NCBI RefSeq assembly: GCF_054482525.1
Contig: NZ_CM137006.1
Reading direction: 5' to 3' (one strand)
Length of the DNA stretch: 64,000 nt
The position numbers and the translations under genes were made by a program. The notes beneath the pieces were generated by a model. It was not told where the DNA came from. It saw nothing but the letters and a program-made list of their open reading frames with translations, and did not search any database. Below, piece after piece: positions 24,699 to 32,767 of the stretch (within the stretch, counting starts at the first letter, position 1; the number at the start of each line of letters is the position of its first letter).

Positions 24699-26699
24699 TC
24701 ATCCTTGTTGCTGAAGCATGTGGAATAATTGTTCGCAAAGCAAAACACCGTTATTCATTGCTTCTACCCGTGCCTCGCTTTCTGTATTACAAAATTGTGC
24801 CAACACATGTGCCAGCCGATAAAAACCGACCGCGGTGAGGTCATTCGCCAGCAACTCTGCCTGACCAATAGCACTCTGTTCCTGATAGCGCCAGCCGTTA
24901 TGGAGCAGTTGAATAAGTAACGCCTGGCAGCGCATCAGCAACTGATGAGCGGTAGACGGCACAGGCAGAACGCTGGCAGAAGGTAGCGGTGCCACAGGCG
25001 CAGTTTCTGCGTCCAGCGCCCAGGCGCGGGTTTTGGTCATCATTACCCGTGGTTCCAGTGTCAATTGCCCCTCAACAAAACTGACAAAGCCAGAAACCAG
25101 ACTCACGGGGTCGTCTGTGTGTTGCAAAAGTGCCGCCATGCGTTCAACGGCAAAAGGCGCGCTGGCTGAGGCTGGCAGTGATAAAGTCAGCAGATTATCT
25201 TCACCTTCGCCGCTGATTACCTGCGCATCCAGCGTCTGGCGGCTGCTATCCCAACCGAGTGAAATACACTCAGCGACTGGCAGAATAAATAAGTTATCCA
25301 CCTGATTAAGAGGCCGTATGCAGGCGGGGGGACGCTGGCGTAAATATTCCCGCAAAGCCACAATGCCCGACTGGCGCAATGGCGCGCTCAACATTTGCCA
25401 GGCGTCTGGCGACAGCGGCACAACGCTGCTTAAGCGGTTGCGGGTAGCTAACAACAGCTCGCCATCGGCACTGCGTTTTGCTGCTTGTGAAACAATTTGC
25501 CCACCTGCCAGTGCGCCAGCCAGAAAACTAAACAGCCGACGCGTCGCTGCCGGTGAGTTTTCCTGTTCGCTTCTCGGCCAACTACGCGAAAGATGCAAAA
25601 TACTGCCAGTGTCGGGATCGGTAAACCAGATGCGTAAACCATAATGCTCAATATCCTGCCAGCAACGCATACCTAAAGACACCAGCCGCAGATGATCAAG
25701 CTTTGCTTCTCCGGCAATGCCAGAGCCAACGACCGTGCGCCACGGCACAGGAGGAACTTCACCAACACTGTCGCGCCGGGCCATCTCTTGTGCGCAATTT
25801 AATCGACTGTTTAATGCCGCAAGCTGACGTAAGCATTCTCCGACATGATAGTGGCTGGCGCGGGCGTGGAAGGCATCAACGCTGGCGCGCAGTTGCCGTA
25901 GCGATTCACTCACCCAGCGCCAGTTGCAGCGTTCCGCCGCTTGCTGCGCGCGGCTGAAAGCAGCCTTGTAATGAATAAGCGGCTGGCTGATGCCGCCAAG
26001 CCATAACGCCTGGCTTAATTGCTGAACATATTGACGACACGCGTCGCCCTCATCGTTGGCAAACGGATCGTCAGATGATGTGACGTGTTCGCTGCGCATC
26101 TGCCAGATTAAATGAGTAAATTCCGCTTGCTGCGCTTTGGCCTGGACAAAGGCCTGTACTGCCAGTACGACATGTTCGCAAAGTGTGCCGTCAATACAAT
26201 CACAGCGTGCGAAACGAATGCTGCTGCGGGAATAAAAACGTACATCGCTCATCGGTAAGCGGGCAGAGGGAATTTCGCCCGGCGTACAGAACAACTCAAT
26301 GGTGATGCCTTTAGCGACCAGTGTCTGTGCGCGTTTGCGGGTGGCATCGGGCAGGGTAGCCAGTTCTTCCAGCCAGATTGCCGGATCCCACTCTTCTTCT
26401 TTTTCCGTAGGCTGGGTGGTGGCGCAAAGTCGCTGATAACTTAAAACCAGCATCACGCGATGGCGGCACATGCCGCTGGCCCCGCAGCTGCATTGAGCCT
26501 CTTTCAGTGCCTGACCGTTCGCCAGCTGGGTGCGGACACCGTCACTGAAGGTGGCGATTAAAGCGCCGTTCTCATGGCTGATTTCCGGGACGTTGCCATT
26601 TTCCAGTTCTTTAAGGCTGCGCTTAACAAAACCGGCATTGCTTAACGCCGTCAAAGCTTGTGGTGTCAGTTCTAATAATTCCGGCCGTAGTGAATTCAT
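24699..26699 (-). CDS. yehQ: SWIM zinc-finger protein YehQ
   Basis: 666-aa ORF with two CxC-x(n)-CxH motifs (CSCGASGMCRH and CDCIDGTLCEH); start overlaps yehP stop by 4 nt; the true start may be internal. Confidence 0.8.
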   Translation of the reverse strand: MNSLRPELLELTPQALTALSNAGFVKRSLKELENGNVPEISHENGALIATFSDGVRTQLANGQALKEAQCSCGASGMCRHRVMLVLSYQRLCATTQPTEKEEEWDPAIWLEELATLPDATRKRAQTLVAKGITIELFCTPGEIPSARLPMSDVRFYSRSSIRFARCDCIDGTLCEHVVLAVQAFVQAKAQQAEFTHLIWQMRSEHVTSSDDPFANDEGDACRQYVQQLSQALWLGGISQPLIHYKAAFSRAQQAAERCNWRWVSESLRQLRASVDAFHARASHYHVGECLRQLAALNSRLNCAQEMARRDSVGEVPPVPWRTVVGSGIAGEAKLDHLRLVSLGMRCWQDIEHYGLRIWFTDPDTGSILHLSRSWPRSEQENSPAATRRLFSFLAGALAGGQIVSQAAKRSADGELLLATRNRLSSVVPLSPDAWQMLSAPLRQSGIVALREYLRQRPPACIRPLNQVDNLFILPVAECISLGWDSSRQTLDAQVISGEGEDNLLTLSLPASASAPFAVERMAALLQHTDDPVSLVSGFVSFVEGQLTLEPRVMMTKTRAWALDAETAPVAPLPSASVLPVPSTAHQLLMRCQALLIQLLHNGWRYQEQSAIGQAELLANDLTAVGFYRLAHVLAQFCNTESEARVEAMNNGVLLCEQLFHMLQQQG

Positions 26700-27832
26700 G
26701 ACTGAAGATTCTCCGCAAGCCAGGTCGCCAGTTCGCCCGGCGTCATGGCGGCTATTTGTGCGCCGACATTAACCAGCGCCTGGGCCGTATCGTGGTCATA
26801 GCAAGGTGTTGCGGTGCTATCGAGCGCCGCCAGTCCCAGTACTTTGATGCCGCTCTGGACACACTTTTTCACCTGATGCGTCAGTAATGATGATGAACCC
26901 CCTTCGTAAAAATCGCTCACGAGGATAATGACGCTTTTCGCTGGTTGTTCAATAAGTTGCCGACCATATTCCATGGCACTGGCGATATTGGTTCCGCCGC
27001 CTAATTGCACTTTCATTAATAACTCTACCGGATCGGCAACGTCTGCCGTGAGATCAACCACGCTGGTGTCAAACGCCACCAGATGGGTACGAATACCGGG
27101 TAACTGCCATAAACAGGTCGCCATCACCGCTGAGTGGATCACCGAGTCCACCATTGATCCGCTTTGATCAACCAGTAAGACCAGTTGCCATTGTTCACTG
27201 TGGCGCTTAATGCGGCTGTTAAAGCGGGGGGATTCGATATACAACTTGCCGTGTTGCGGATGCCAGTGTTGCAGGTTGGCGCGCAGCGTACTTTTGAAAT
27301 CAAAGTTTCGCGCCAGTGGAATAAATGAGCGGCGACGGCGATCGCGGACACCAGAAAAAGCCTGACGAACTTCCTTTGCCAGTCGCGCCATAATCTCTTC
27401 AACAACCTGGTGCACTATCCGGCGGGCGGCAGCCAGCACTTCGGGATTCATCAGATGTTTAGTGTGCAAAACGGCGCGTAGCAGGCTTTCAGAAGGCTGC
27501 ATACGTTCCAGCACGTCGAGATTCGTCACCACATCTTCAATGCCGTAGCGCAGTACGGCATCGCTTTCCAGCCGCTCGATCACCTGTTGCGGAAACAGCG
27601 TGTGAATACTGTTGATCCACTTAGGGGTGGTGAGATTTGAGTCACCTAATCCACCGGAGCGTTCACCACGCTGGAGCCGTTCAGGATCGCGCCCATACAG
27701 CCACTCCAGCGCGTGGTCTATCTGCCGGGCATTGTCATCCAGCCCACAAAGGGTCGTTTCTGCCGCTTCGCCAAGAATTAATCGCCAGCGATGTAGCTCA
27801 CGGGTGGTCAGAAGATCGTTCAGTTCAGACAT
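26696..27832 (-). CDS. yehP: von Willebrand factor A (vWA) domain protein YehP
   Basis: Start placed at MSELNDLLTTRELHRW (378 aa); MIDAS-like motif VDQSGSM. Confidence 0.85.
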   Translation of the reverse strand: MSELNDLLTTRELHRWRLILGEAAETTLCGLDDNARQIDHALEWLYGRDPERLQRGERSGGLGDSNLTTPKWINSIHTLFPQQVIERLESDAVLRYGIEDVVTNLDVLERMQPSESLLRAVLHTKHLMNPEVLAAARRIVHQVVEEIMARLAKEVRQAFSGVRDRRRRSFIPLARNFDFKSTLRANLQHWHPQHGKLYIESPRFNSRIKRHSEQWQLVLLVDQSGSMVDSVIHSAVMATCLWQLPGIRTHLVAFDTSVVDLTADVADPVELLMKVQLGGGTNIASAMEYGRQLIEQPAKSVIILVSDFYEGGSSSLLTHQVKKCVQSGIKVLGLAALDSTATPCYDHDTAQALVNVGAQIAAMTPGELATWLAENLQS

Positions 27833-30104
27833 GGAAAACTCCCCAGTGTTGCAGCGATGCCAGTGCCTGCTGTTCGAGTTGTTGATGATGTGCAATGGCT
27901 TGCGGTGGACAATGCAACGGCATTTGCAGCGCTGAAACGGGAAGCTGTGCGAGCTGGTAATGCTCAAGCACCTGATGCGCCAGCGTCCCGCGTTCTCGTG
28001 GTGGTAGCCAGGCCATCGCCGCACGCAAATCGGGCAGGGCGTTAATAAAATCGTCGTCACTCAGTTGATTTAAATGACTACTGAAACCGGCGATAAATGC
28101 CGGCTGACAGGCCAGTTGATGGCGGGCCAGCGCCAGCAAACCGTGCAGTGCCTCGCCGGATTGTGCCGGGGATAATTGCGCCAGCATCGTCAGCGCCGCT
28201 TCGGCACTGGCGTTGGGATGTTCCAGACGCATCAGTGCGCCAAGAGCCGCGCCGCGATCCAGCGCCGAGGCATGAATCGCCTGACTGCGGCGCTCAAGTA
28301 AGGCTACCGCCGCAGAAAGCGAAACGCCGGGTAAATTAACGCCGCTATGTAGATCGCGCAGGATATGGCAAAGCGCCTGCCAGCTATGCAGGTGAGCGTG
28401 AAACTCCTTTTCCTCCGGTCTGCCGTTGGATTCACACAGCCAGAGTGTGCGATCGATAGCCGCGCATAACGTCGTCTGTAATATCTGCGCGCCTTGCATA
28501 CCGCTAATTTCATCCAGCCGCCATAAGGCGTATAGCACTTCCAGCGCCTGGCCCATTTCGGCAAACTGATTTTCCTGGGCGATTAATAATGTAAGTTGCT
28601 CCAGTAATTGTTGACTGAAGGACGCCAGACCCGCTAACGCCGCCTGGCTAAGACATGTGGTGATACTGCCGATTCCACCCGCGTCCAGCATATCGGCTTC
28701 TAATTTATTGCGTGCGGCTTCCTGGAGTGTGGCACCAAAGCAGGCGGCCTCAATTAATGCCGCATGTTGGCTAAGCGGGCGGGTTAATTTCCAGCGTTCT
28801 TCACCGTTGCCTGCAAGTGTCAGTGTACTTCCCTGCTGGCGCACAACCCCTGGGATCTCCAGTATTGCCAGCCGATGTAACACCTGACTTTGCGCTAGTC
28901 CATTGGGGTTAAAGCGATTTAAGGTAAGCTCCGCCGGAAGAGAGATTGCGGTACGTTCCAGTTCGCAGGTGACATCTTTTGGCAGAGGCGGTTGTGGCGT
29001 AGAAGGGGCAAGTTTACCGAATCCGTCACCCGCTAATGTGTCTATCAACGTTAGCAGAATCGGATCGGTATCGGGATGAATAACGCCGCGATAGCTCCAC
29101 GGCAACGGCGCATTCAGGGCTTCTTTAATCAGCGAGCCTGCTATGGCATCCAGCCAGTCAGTGCGTAACGGTAGTGTATGACCGCGCAACTGTGCCAGTG
29201 CCATCGCATGCAGATGAGCGGCAGCCATATCCGCTGTTGAAGCAGGCAAGTGGTGCTGGCGCAAACGGGTAAGAACCGTTTTCAGCAGTTGTTCACCTGC
29301 CTGCTGCAAGCCCCACCGCCAGCACCAGTTTTGCCAGACCGGGGCAGGCATACCGGAAAGGTATCCTGCCAGCACATCAAGGCGCTTTTCACTGTAGGGT
29401 GTGAGATAACAACCTGTAACGGCATCATCCAGTAAGAGCAATTCTGGCGTGTTAATTACCTGCGGACATTCGCGCCACATTTTTGCCAGTGCCGGAGCGT
29501 GCCAGCCACCGCAGACAACTAACACGTCGCCATTATTTTGCTGCATCGCCCATCCAATCCAGCGGGCCATAAAGGCTTCGCGCTGACGATTGAGAGCATC
29601 TCCGGGGGAGTCGCCCCGCAGTTGGGCAAAATAGTGCGCAAGTGCAGAGGGTAATGCAGTTTGCTGCCTTTCATCTTCGAACAAGTGATCCCACAGGGTG
29701 TCGCTGTTATCCATGCGGGTGGCACGCAGCAGCAAGGTCTGGCTTTCCTCTTGCGTATCAGGCGAATCGTCCTCTTCTTCACTCTGCGCCCAGCAAGGCA
29801 AATCGATGAAGTAAGTTTGTGCCTGAATACGACGAGCGGCTTGTAGCGCCTGCCACTCCGGCGAAAATTCAGCAAATGGCGTCCAGGCACCACGCCCGGG
29901 GGCCGCACCGTCCTGATACTGGCAATAACTGTAAATAGCTACCGGAAGCTGGTGGGCTAACAACAGTTCGTCTACCCGGTCATTAAAATCAGCCGGGCCT
30001 TCAATCAACACATATCGTGGCCGCTGGCTTTCGATTAACGATTTCACCAGCCGGGCGCAGGCCGGACTATGATGCCGGATGCCGACAATTAACGGCTCGC
30101 TCAT
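27825..30104 (-). CDS. yehM: large uncharacterised protein YehM
   Basis: Start placed at MSEPLIVGIRHHSP (759 aa); overlaps yehP start by 8 nt. Confidence 0.85.
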   Translation of the reverse strand: MSEPLIVGIRHHSPACARLVKSLIESQRPRYVLIEGPADFNDRVDELLLAHQLPVAIYSYCQYQDGAAPGRGAWTPFAEFSPEWQALQAARRIQAQTYFIDLPCWAQSEEEDDSPDTQEESQTLLLRATRMDNSDTLWDHLFEDERQQTALPSALAHYFAQLRGDSPGDALNRQREAFMARWIGWAMQQNNGDVLVVCGGWHAPALAKMWRECPQVINTPELLLLDDAVTGCYLTPYSEKRLDVLAGYLSGMPAPVWQNWCWRWGLQQAGEQLLKTVLTRLRQHHLPASTADMAAAHLHAMALAQLRGHTLPLRTDWLDAIAGSLIKEALNAPLPWSYRGVIHPDTDPILLTLIDTLAGDGFGKLAPSTPQPPLPKDVTCELERTAISLPAELTLNRFNPNGLAQSQVLHRLAILEIPGVVRQQGSTLTLAGNGEERWKLTRPLSQHAALIEAACFGATLQEAARNKLEADMLDAGGIGSITTCLSQAALAGLASFSQQLLEQLTLLIAQENQFAEMGQALEVLYALWRLDEISGMQGAQILQTTLCAAIDRTLWLCESNGRPEEKEFHAHLHSWQALCHILRDLHSGVNLPGVSLSAAVALLERRSQAIHASALDRGAALGALMRLEHPNASAEAALTMLAQLSPAQSGEALHGLLALARHQLACQPAFIAGFSSHLNQLSDDDFINALPDLRAAMAWLPPRERGTLAHQVLEHYQLAQLPVSALQMPLHCPPQAIAHHQQLEQQALASLQHWGVFHV

Positions 30105-30114
30105 GCATCTTTCC

Positions 30115-31203
30115 TCACGGCAGGCGGTGGCGAGCTTGATAATAAGCCTGCCAGTGAGCTTCTTTATGTGTGGCGACGCGCTGTTCGAAGTAACGGCGCA
30201 GACGCGCGCGATCTTCTTCGTTATCTTTGACGATGGTTCCGGCAATACAGTCCACCAGGTCGGCAGGCTCCCCCGCGCGATTCGCTAAAAACCAGGCGCG
30301 GACACCCACAGCATGGGCCACGTTAACGGCTTCAGCGGTGGACATAATCGCTGTCAGTGTATCCATTGACGTTTTCTTTTCGCCGTTGGCACGCAGATCG
30401 CGGAACGTGCGCACCAGTAATTCCAGTACCGTGTCAGGCACTTTATGCGGAATACCGCTATGGGCCAGCAAACGCGCCGAAGCACTGGCGACCAGTTCCA
30501 GCTCCTGGGCGAAATCCATAATCGGAAAGACAGTTTCAAAATCGAAGCGACGCTTTAGCGCAGCACTCATTTCATTGACGCCGCGATCGCGGGTATTGGC
30601 AGTGGCAATAATATTAAAGCCTTCTCGCGCATAGAGCTGACTGGCTTCACCAGTGAGTTCCGGCACCGTCATTACCCTGTCAGAAAGCATACCTAACAGA
30701 CAGTCTTGTACTTCCAGCGGTGTACGCGTTATCTCTTCAAAACGGACAATTTTGCCGTCGCGCATTCCCTGGTAAAGCGGGGCTGGGACCAGCGCTTCCG
30801 TTGACGGACCATGGTTGATAAGCAGGGCGTAGTTCCAGCCGTACTTGATTTGATCTTCAGTGGTAGATGCGCCGCCCTGGATGGTTAACCCGGCATCGCC
30901 GCTAATAGCGGTTGCCAGTAATTCAGACAGGAGAGATTTTGCGGTGCCAGGTTCCCCCACCAACATCAAACCGCGCCCGGTTGCGAGAGTGACTAACATG
31001 CGTTCGACAGCGGAGGGGCTAATCACGACTTTACGGCTAATATTTTGTGCTTCGTCGCCAAGGATAAAAGCGCGGGCCGCAGGCAAACTTAACTGCCAAC
31101 CTGGCGGGCAAGGTGCGTTATCATTTTGTTTTAATTTTGCCAGTTCATCGGCGTATAACACAGCGGCAGGCGGACGCTGCAGATGATTATTCTGCGGTGA
31201 CAT
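30115..31203 (-). CDS. yehL: MoxR-like AAA+ ATPase YehL
   Basis: Start placed at MSPQNNHLQRPPAAVLYADE (362 aa); Walker A-like GEPGTAKS. Confidence 0.85.
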   Translation of the reverse strand: MSPQNNHLQRPPAAVLYADELAKLKQNDNAPCPPGWQLSLPAARAFILGDEAQNISRKVVISPSAVERMLVTLATGRGLMLVGEPGTAKSLLSELLATAISGDAGLTIQGGASTTEDQIKYGWNYALLINHGPSTEALVPAPLYQGMRDGKIVRFEEITRTPLEVQDCLLGMLSDRVMTVPELTGEASQLYAREGFNIIATANTRDRGVNEMSAALKRRFDFETVFPIMDFAQELELVASASARLLAHSGIPHKVPDTVLELLVRTFRDLRANGEKKTSMDTLTAIMSTAEAVNVAHAVGVRAWFLANRAGEPADLVDCIAGTIVKDNEEDRARLRRYFEQRVATHKEAHWQAYYQARHRLP

Positions 31204-31312
31204 ATATTCATCCCTGAAATGTATTAATGAAATAAACGATATTTTACGCGCAATAAATGTTTGGCGCATTAGTTGTTTGAGCGAAAAATATCTGGAAAGC
31301 AGATCACAGTAA

Positions 31313-31397
31313 ATAAAAAAACCTGCTGGTGAGGCAGGTTCTTTGATTTACTACTTTCAGGCCTAACACCACGGCCTGTGCAACATCGTGTTCCAAC
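31313..31397 (-). ncRNA. orzO: putative OrzO-1 antitoxin sRNA (boundaries inferred)
   Basis: Minus-strand promoter (-35 TTGCAA, 17-bp spacer, -10 TATAAT as revcomp of 31404-31409) and minus-strand terminator hairpin acctgc...gcaggt plus T-run (31313-31340); contains the complement of a 19-nt stretch that recurs in the zorO-1 5' UTR (31543-31561). Confidence 0.45.
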
Positions 31398-31426
31398 GAA
31401 CGAATTATAACCATCGGTGGACCCCG

Positions 31427-31454
31427 TTGCAATTAAGATAATGAGATTTATAAT
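31427..31454 (+). promoter_or_regulatory. putative sigma70 promoter of zorO-1 (TTGCAA-16 bp-TATAAT); palindromic -35 shared with the divergent orzO promoter
   Basis: -35 ttgcaa 31427-31432, -10 tataat 31449-31454; predicts a 5' UTR of about 174 nt. Confidence 0.5.
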
Positions 31455-31635
31455 CCTGACTGTTGGGACGTTGCGCCGGATCGAACCCATTTCAAGTCCT
31501 GGCTACCGGACGGGTGGTGCCGCAGGTAGTGCCCTGATCCGGAGTGCAACATCGTGGTCCAACATACGTAAACCAGTATCGACAGGCAGTGTAAGGGTAA
31601 GGTGCTGGTGTTGCGCTCCTTAATAAGGAGAGCGA

Positions 31636-31725
31636 ATGGACACGCTGACACAAAAGTTAACCGTGCTCATTGCTGTACTGGAGCTATTAGTGGCTCTGTT
31701 ACGGTTGATTGATTTGTTGAAGTAA
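31636..31725 (+). CDS. zorO: type I toxin ZorO-like small hydrophobic peptide (29 aa), copy 1
   Basis: ATG preceded by SD aaggag; translation MDTLTQKLTVLIAVLELLVALLRLIDLLK; assignment to ZorO of E. coli O157 is from memory; below the ORF-track cut-off. Confidence 0.65.
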   Translation: MDTLTQKLTVLIAVLELLVALLRLIDLLK

Positions 31726-31746
31726 TGGGCAAATTGAAACGCAACT

Positions 31747-31774
31747 AAGGGGGAAAACCGCTTCCCCCTTTAAT
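31747..31774 (+). terminator. rho-independent terminator downstream of zorO-1
   Basis: aagggggaaaaccgcttccccctttaat: GC stem followed by T-run. Confidence 0.7.
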
Positions 31775-31921
31775 AAAATGATTACATCTTCCATTAATTC
31801 ACCCGATAACTTTTTTCATATTTATAAATTCATCGATTTTATAATCAACGTACTATTTGGCCGGGATGTGAATAATCATGGTGGGCTATTGGCGAAAAAT
31901 ATCTGGAAAGTAGATCGTAGA

Positions 31922-32006
31922 AAATAAAAGAACCTGCTGGTGAGGCAGGTTCTTTTATTTACTACTTTGATGTTAAGTTACTGATAGTGCAACATGGCAT
32001 CTCAAC
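31922..32006 (-). ncRNA. orzO: putative OrzO-2 antitoxin sRNA (boundaries inferred)
   Basis: Same promoter/terminator architecture as copy 1; pairing segment differs from copy 1 and matches its own UTR target (32156-32174). Confidence 0.45.
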
Positions 32007-32244
32007 GAACGAATTATAACCACCGCTGGACCGTGTTGCAATTAAGATAATGAGATTTATAATCCTGACTGTTGGGAAGTTGCGCCGGATCGAACCCATT
32101 TCAAGTCCTGGCTACCGGACGGGTGGTGCCGCAGGTAGTGCTCTGATCCGGAGTGCAACATGGCGACTCAACATACGTAAACCAGTATCGACAGGCAGTG
32201 TAAGGGTAAGGTGCTGGTGTTGCGCTCCTTAATAAGGAGAGCGG

Positions 32245-32334
32245 ATGGACACGCTGACACAAAAGTTAACCGTGCTCATTGCCGTACTGGAGCTATTAGT
32301 GGCTCTGTTACGGTTGATTGATTTGTTGAAGTAA
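32245..32334 (+). CDS. zorO: type I toxin ZorO-like small hydrophobic peptide (29 aa), copy 2
   Basis: Identical 29-aa translation to copy 1; SD aaggag upstream. Confidence 0.65.
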   Translation: MDTLTQKLTVLIAVLELLVALLRLIDLLK

Positions 32335-32355
32335 TGGGCAAATTGAAACGCAACT

Positions 32356-32383
32356 AAGGGGGAAAACCGCTTCCCCCTTTAAT
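32356..32383 (+). terminator. rho-independent terminator downstream of zorO-2
   Basis: aagggggaaaaccgcttccccctttaat. Confidence 0.7.
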
Positions 32384-32455
32384 AAAGTAATATTCTATTA
32401 GTTGGTTGAATATATTCTGTAGTTTACGATTAAAAATTGCTATTACAGTTTCAGG

Positions 32456-32707
32456 TTATTCACCTCGTAATTTCCGCTCATCAATACACTCATCTCTTAT
32501 ATAAATCAACGCATCATTTATTAGCGGGTCAACATCCTCTCGATCACGTTGATGAAATGTTGGACGTAGCCGGAACCGTTCCAGTCGGTAAACGGAACCT
32601 GTAAATAATTCAGAGCATTTATGGATCTCAAGTCTGAAGGAAAACGGATCTTCAGGTACAGGGACCTCATAATTGTAAATAGCGACCAGCTCTTTTTGCA
32701 CGCTCAT
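32456..32707 (-). CDS. small hypothetical protein, possibly YehK-like
   Basis: 83-aa ORF directly downstream of yehI on the same strand; identity not confidently recalled. Confidence 0.45.
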   Translation of the reverse strand: MSVQKELVAIYNYEVPVPEDPFSFRLEIHKCSELFTGSVYRLERFRLRPTFHQRDREDVDPLINDALIYIRDECIDERKLRGE

Positions 32708-32767
32708 CGCTTTTCCCGATGGTAAGTCGTGTTGATAACGGGCAGTCGCATCACTGCCCGTTGTGTT

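Larger units (their letters stand above)
31275..32400. repeat. tandem duplication (2 units, about 609 bp period) carrying two zorO-orzO-like loci
   Basis: Two near-identical units; the zorO start codons lie 609 bp apart (31636 and 32245), with copy-specific substitutions in the sRNA/UTR pairing segment. Confidence 0.85.

Noticed and set aside
31417-31623. 68-aa ORF (and its duplicate, 60 aa at 32050..32232) upstream of zorO
   Set aside because: Located within the predicted zorO 5' UTR and duplicated only because the whole unit is duplicated; no SD; the short downstream zorO ORF with a strong SD is the better coding call
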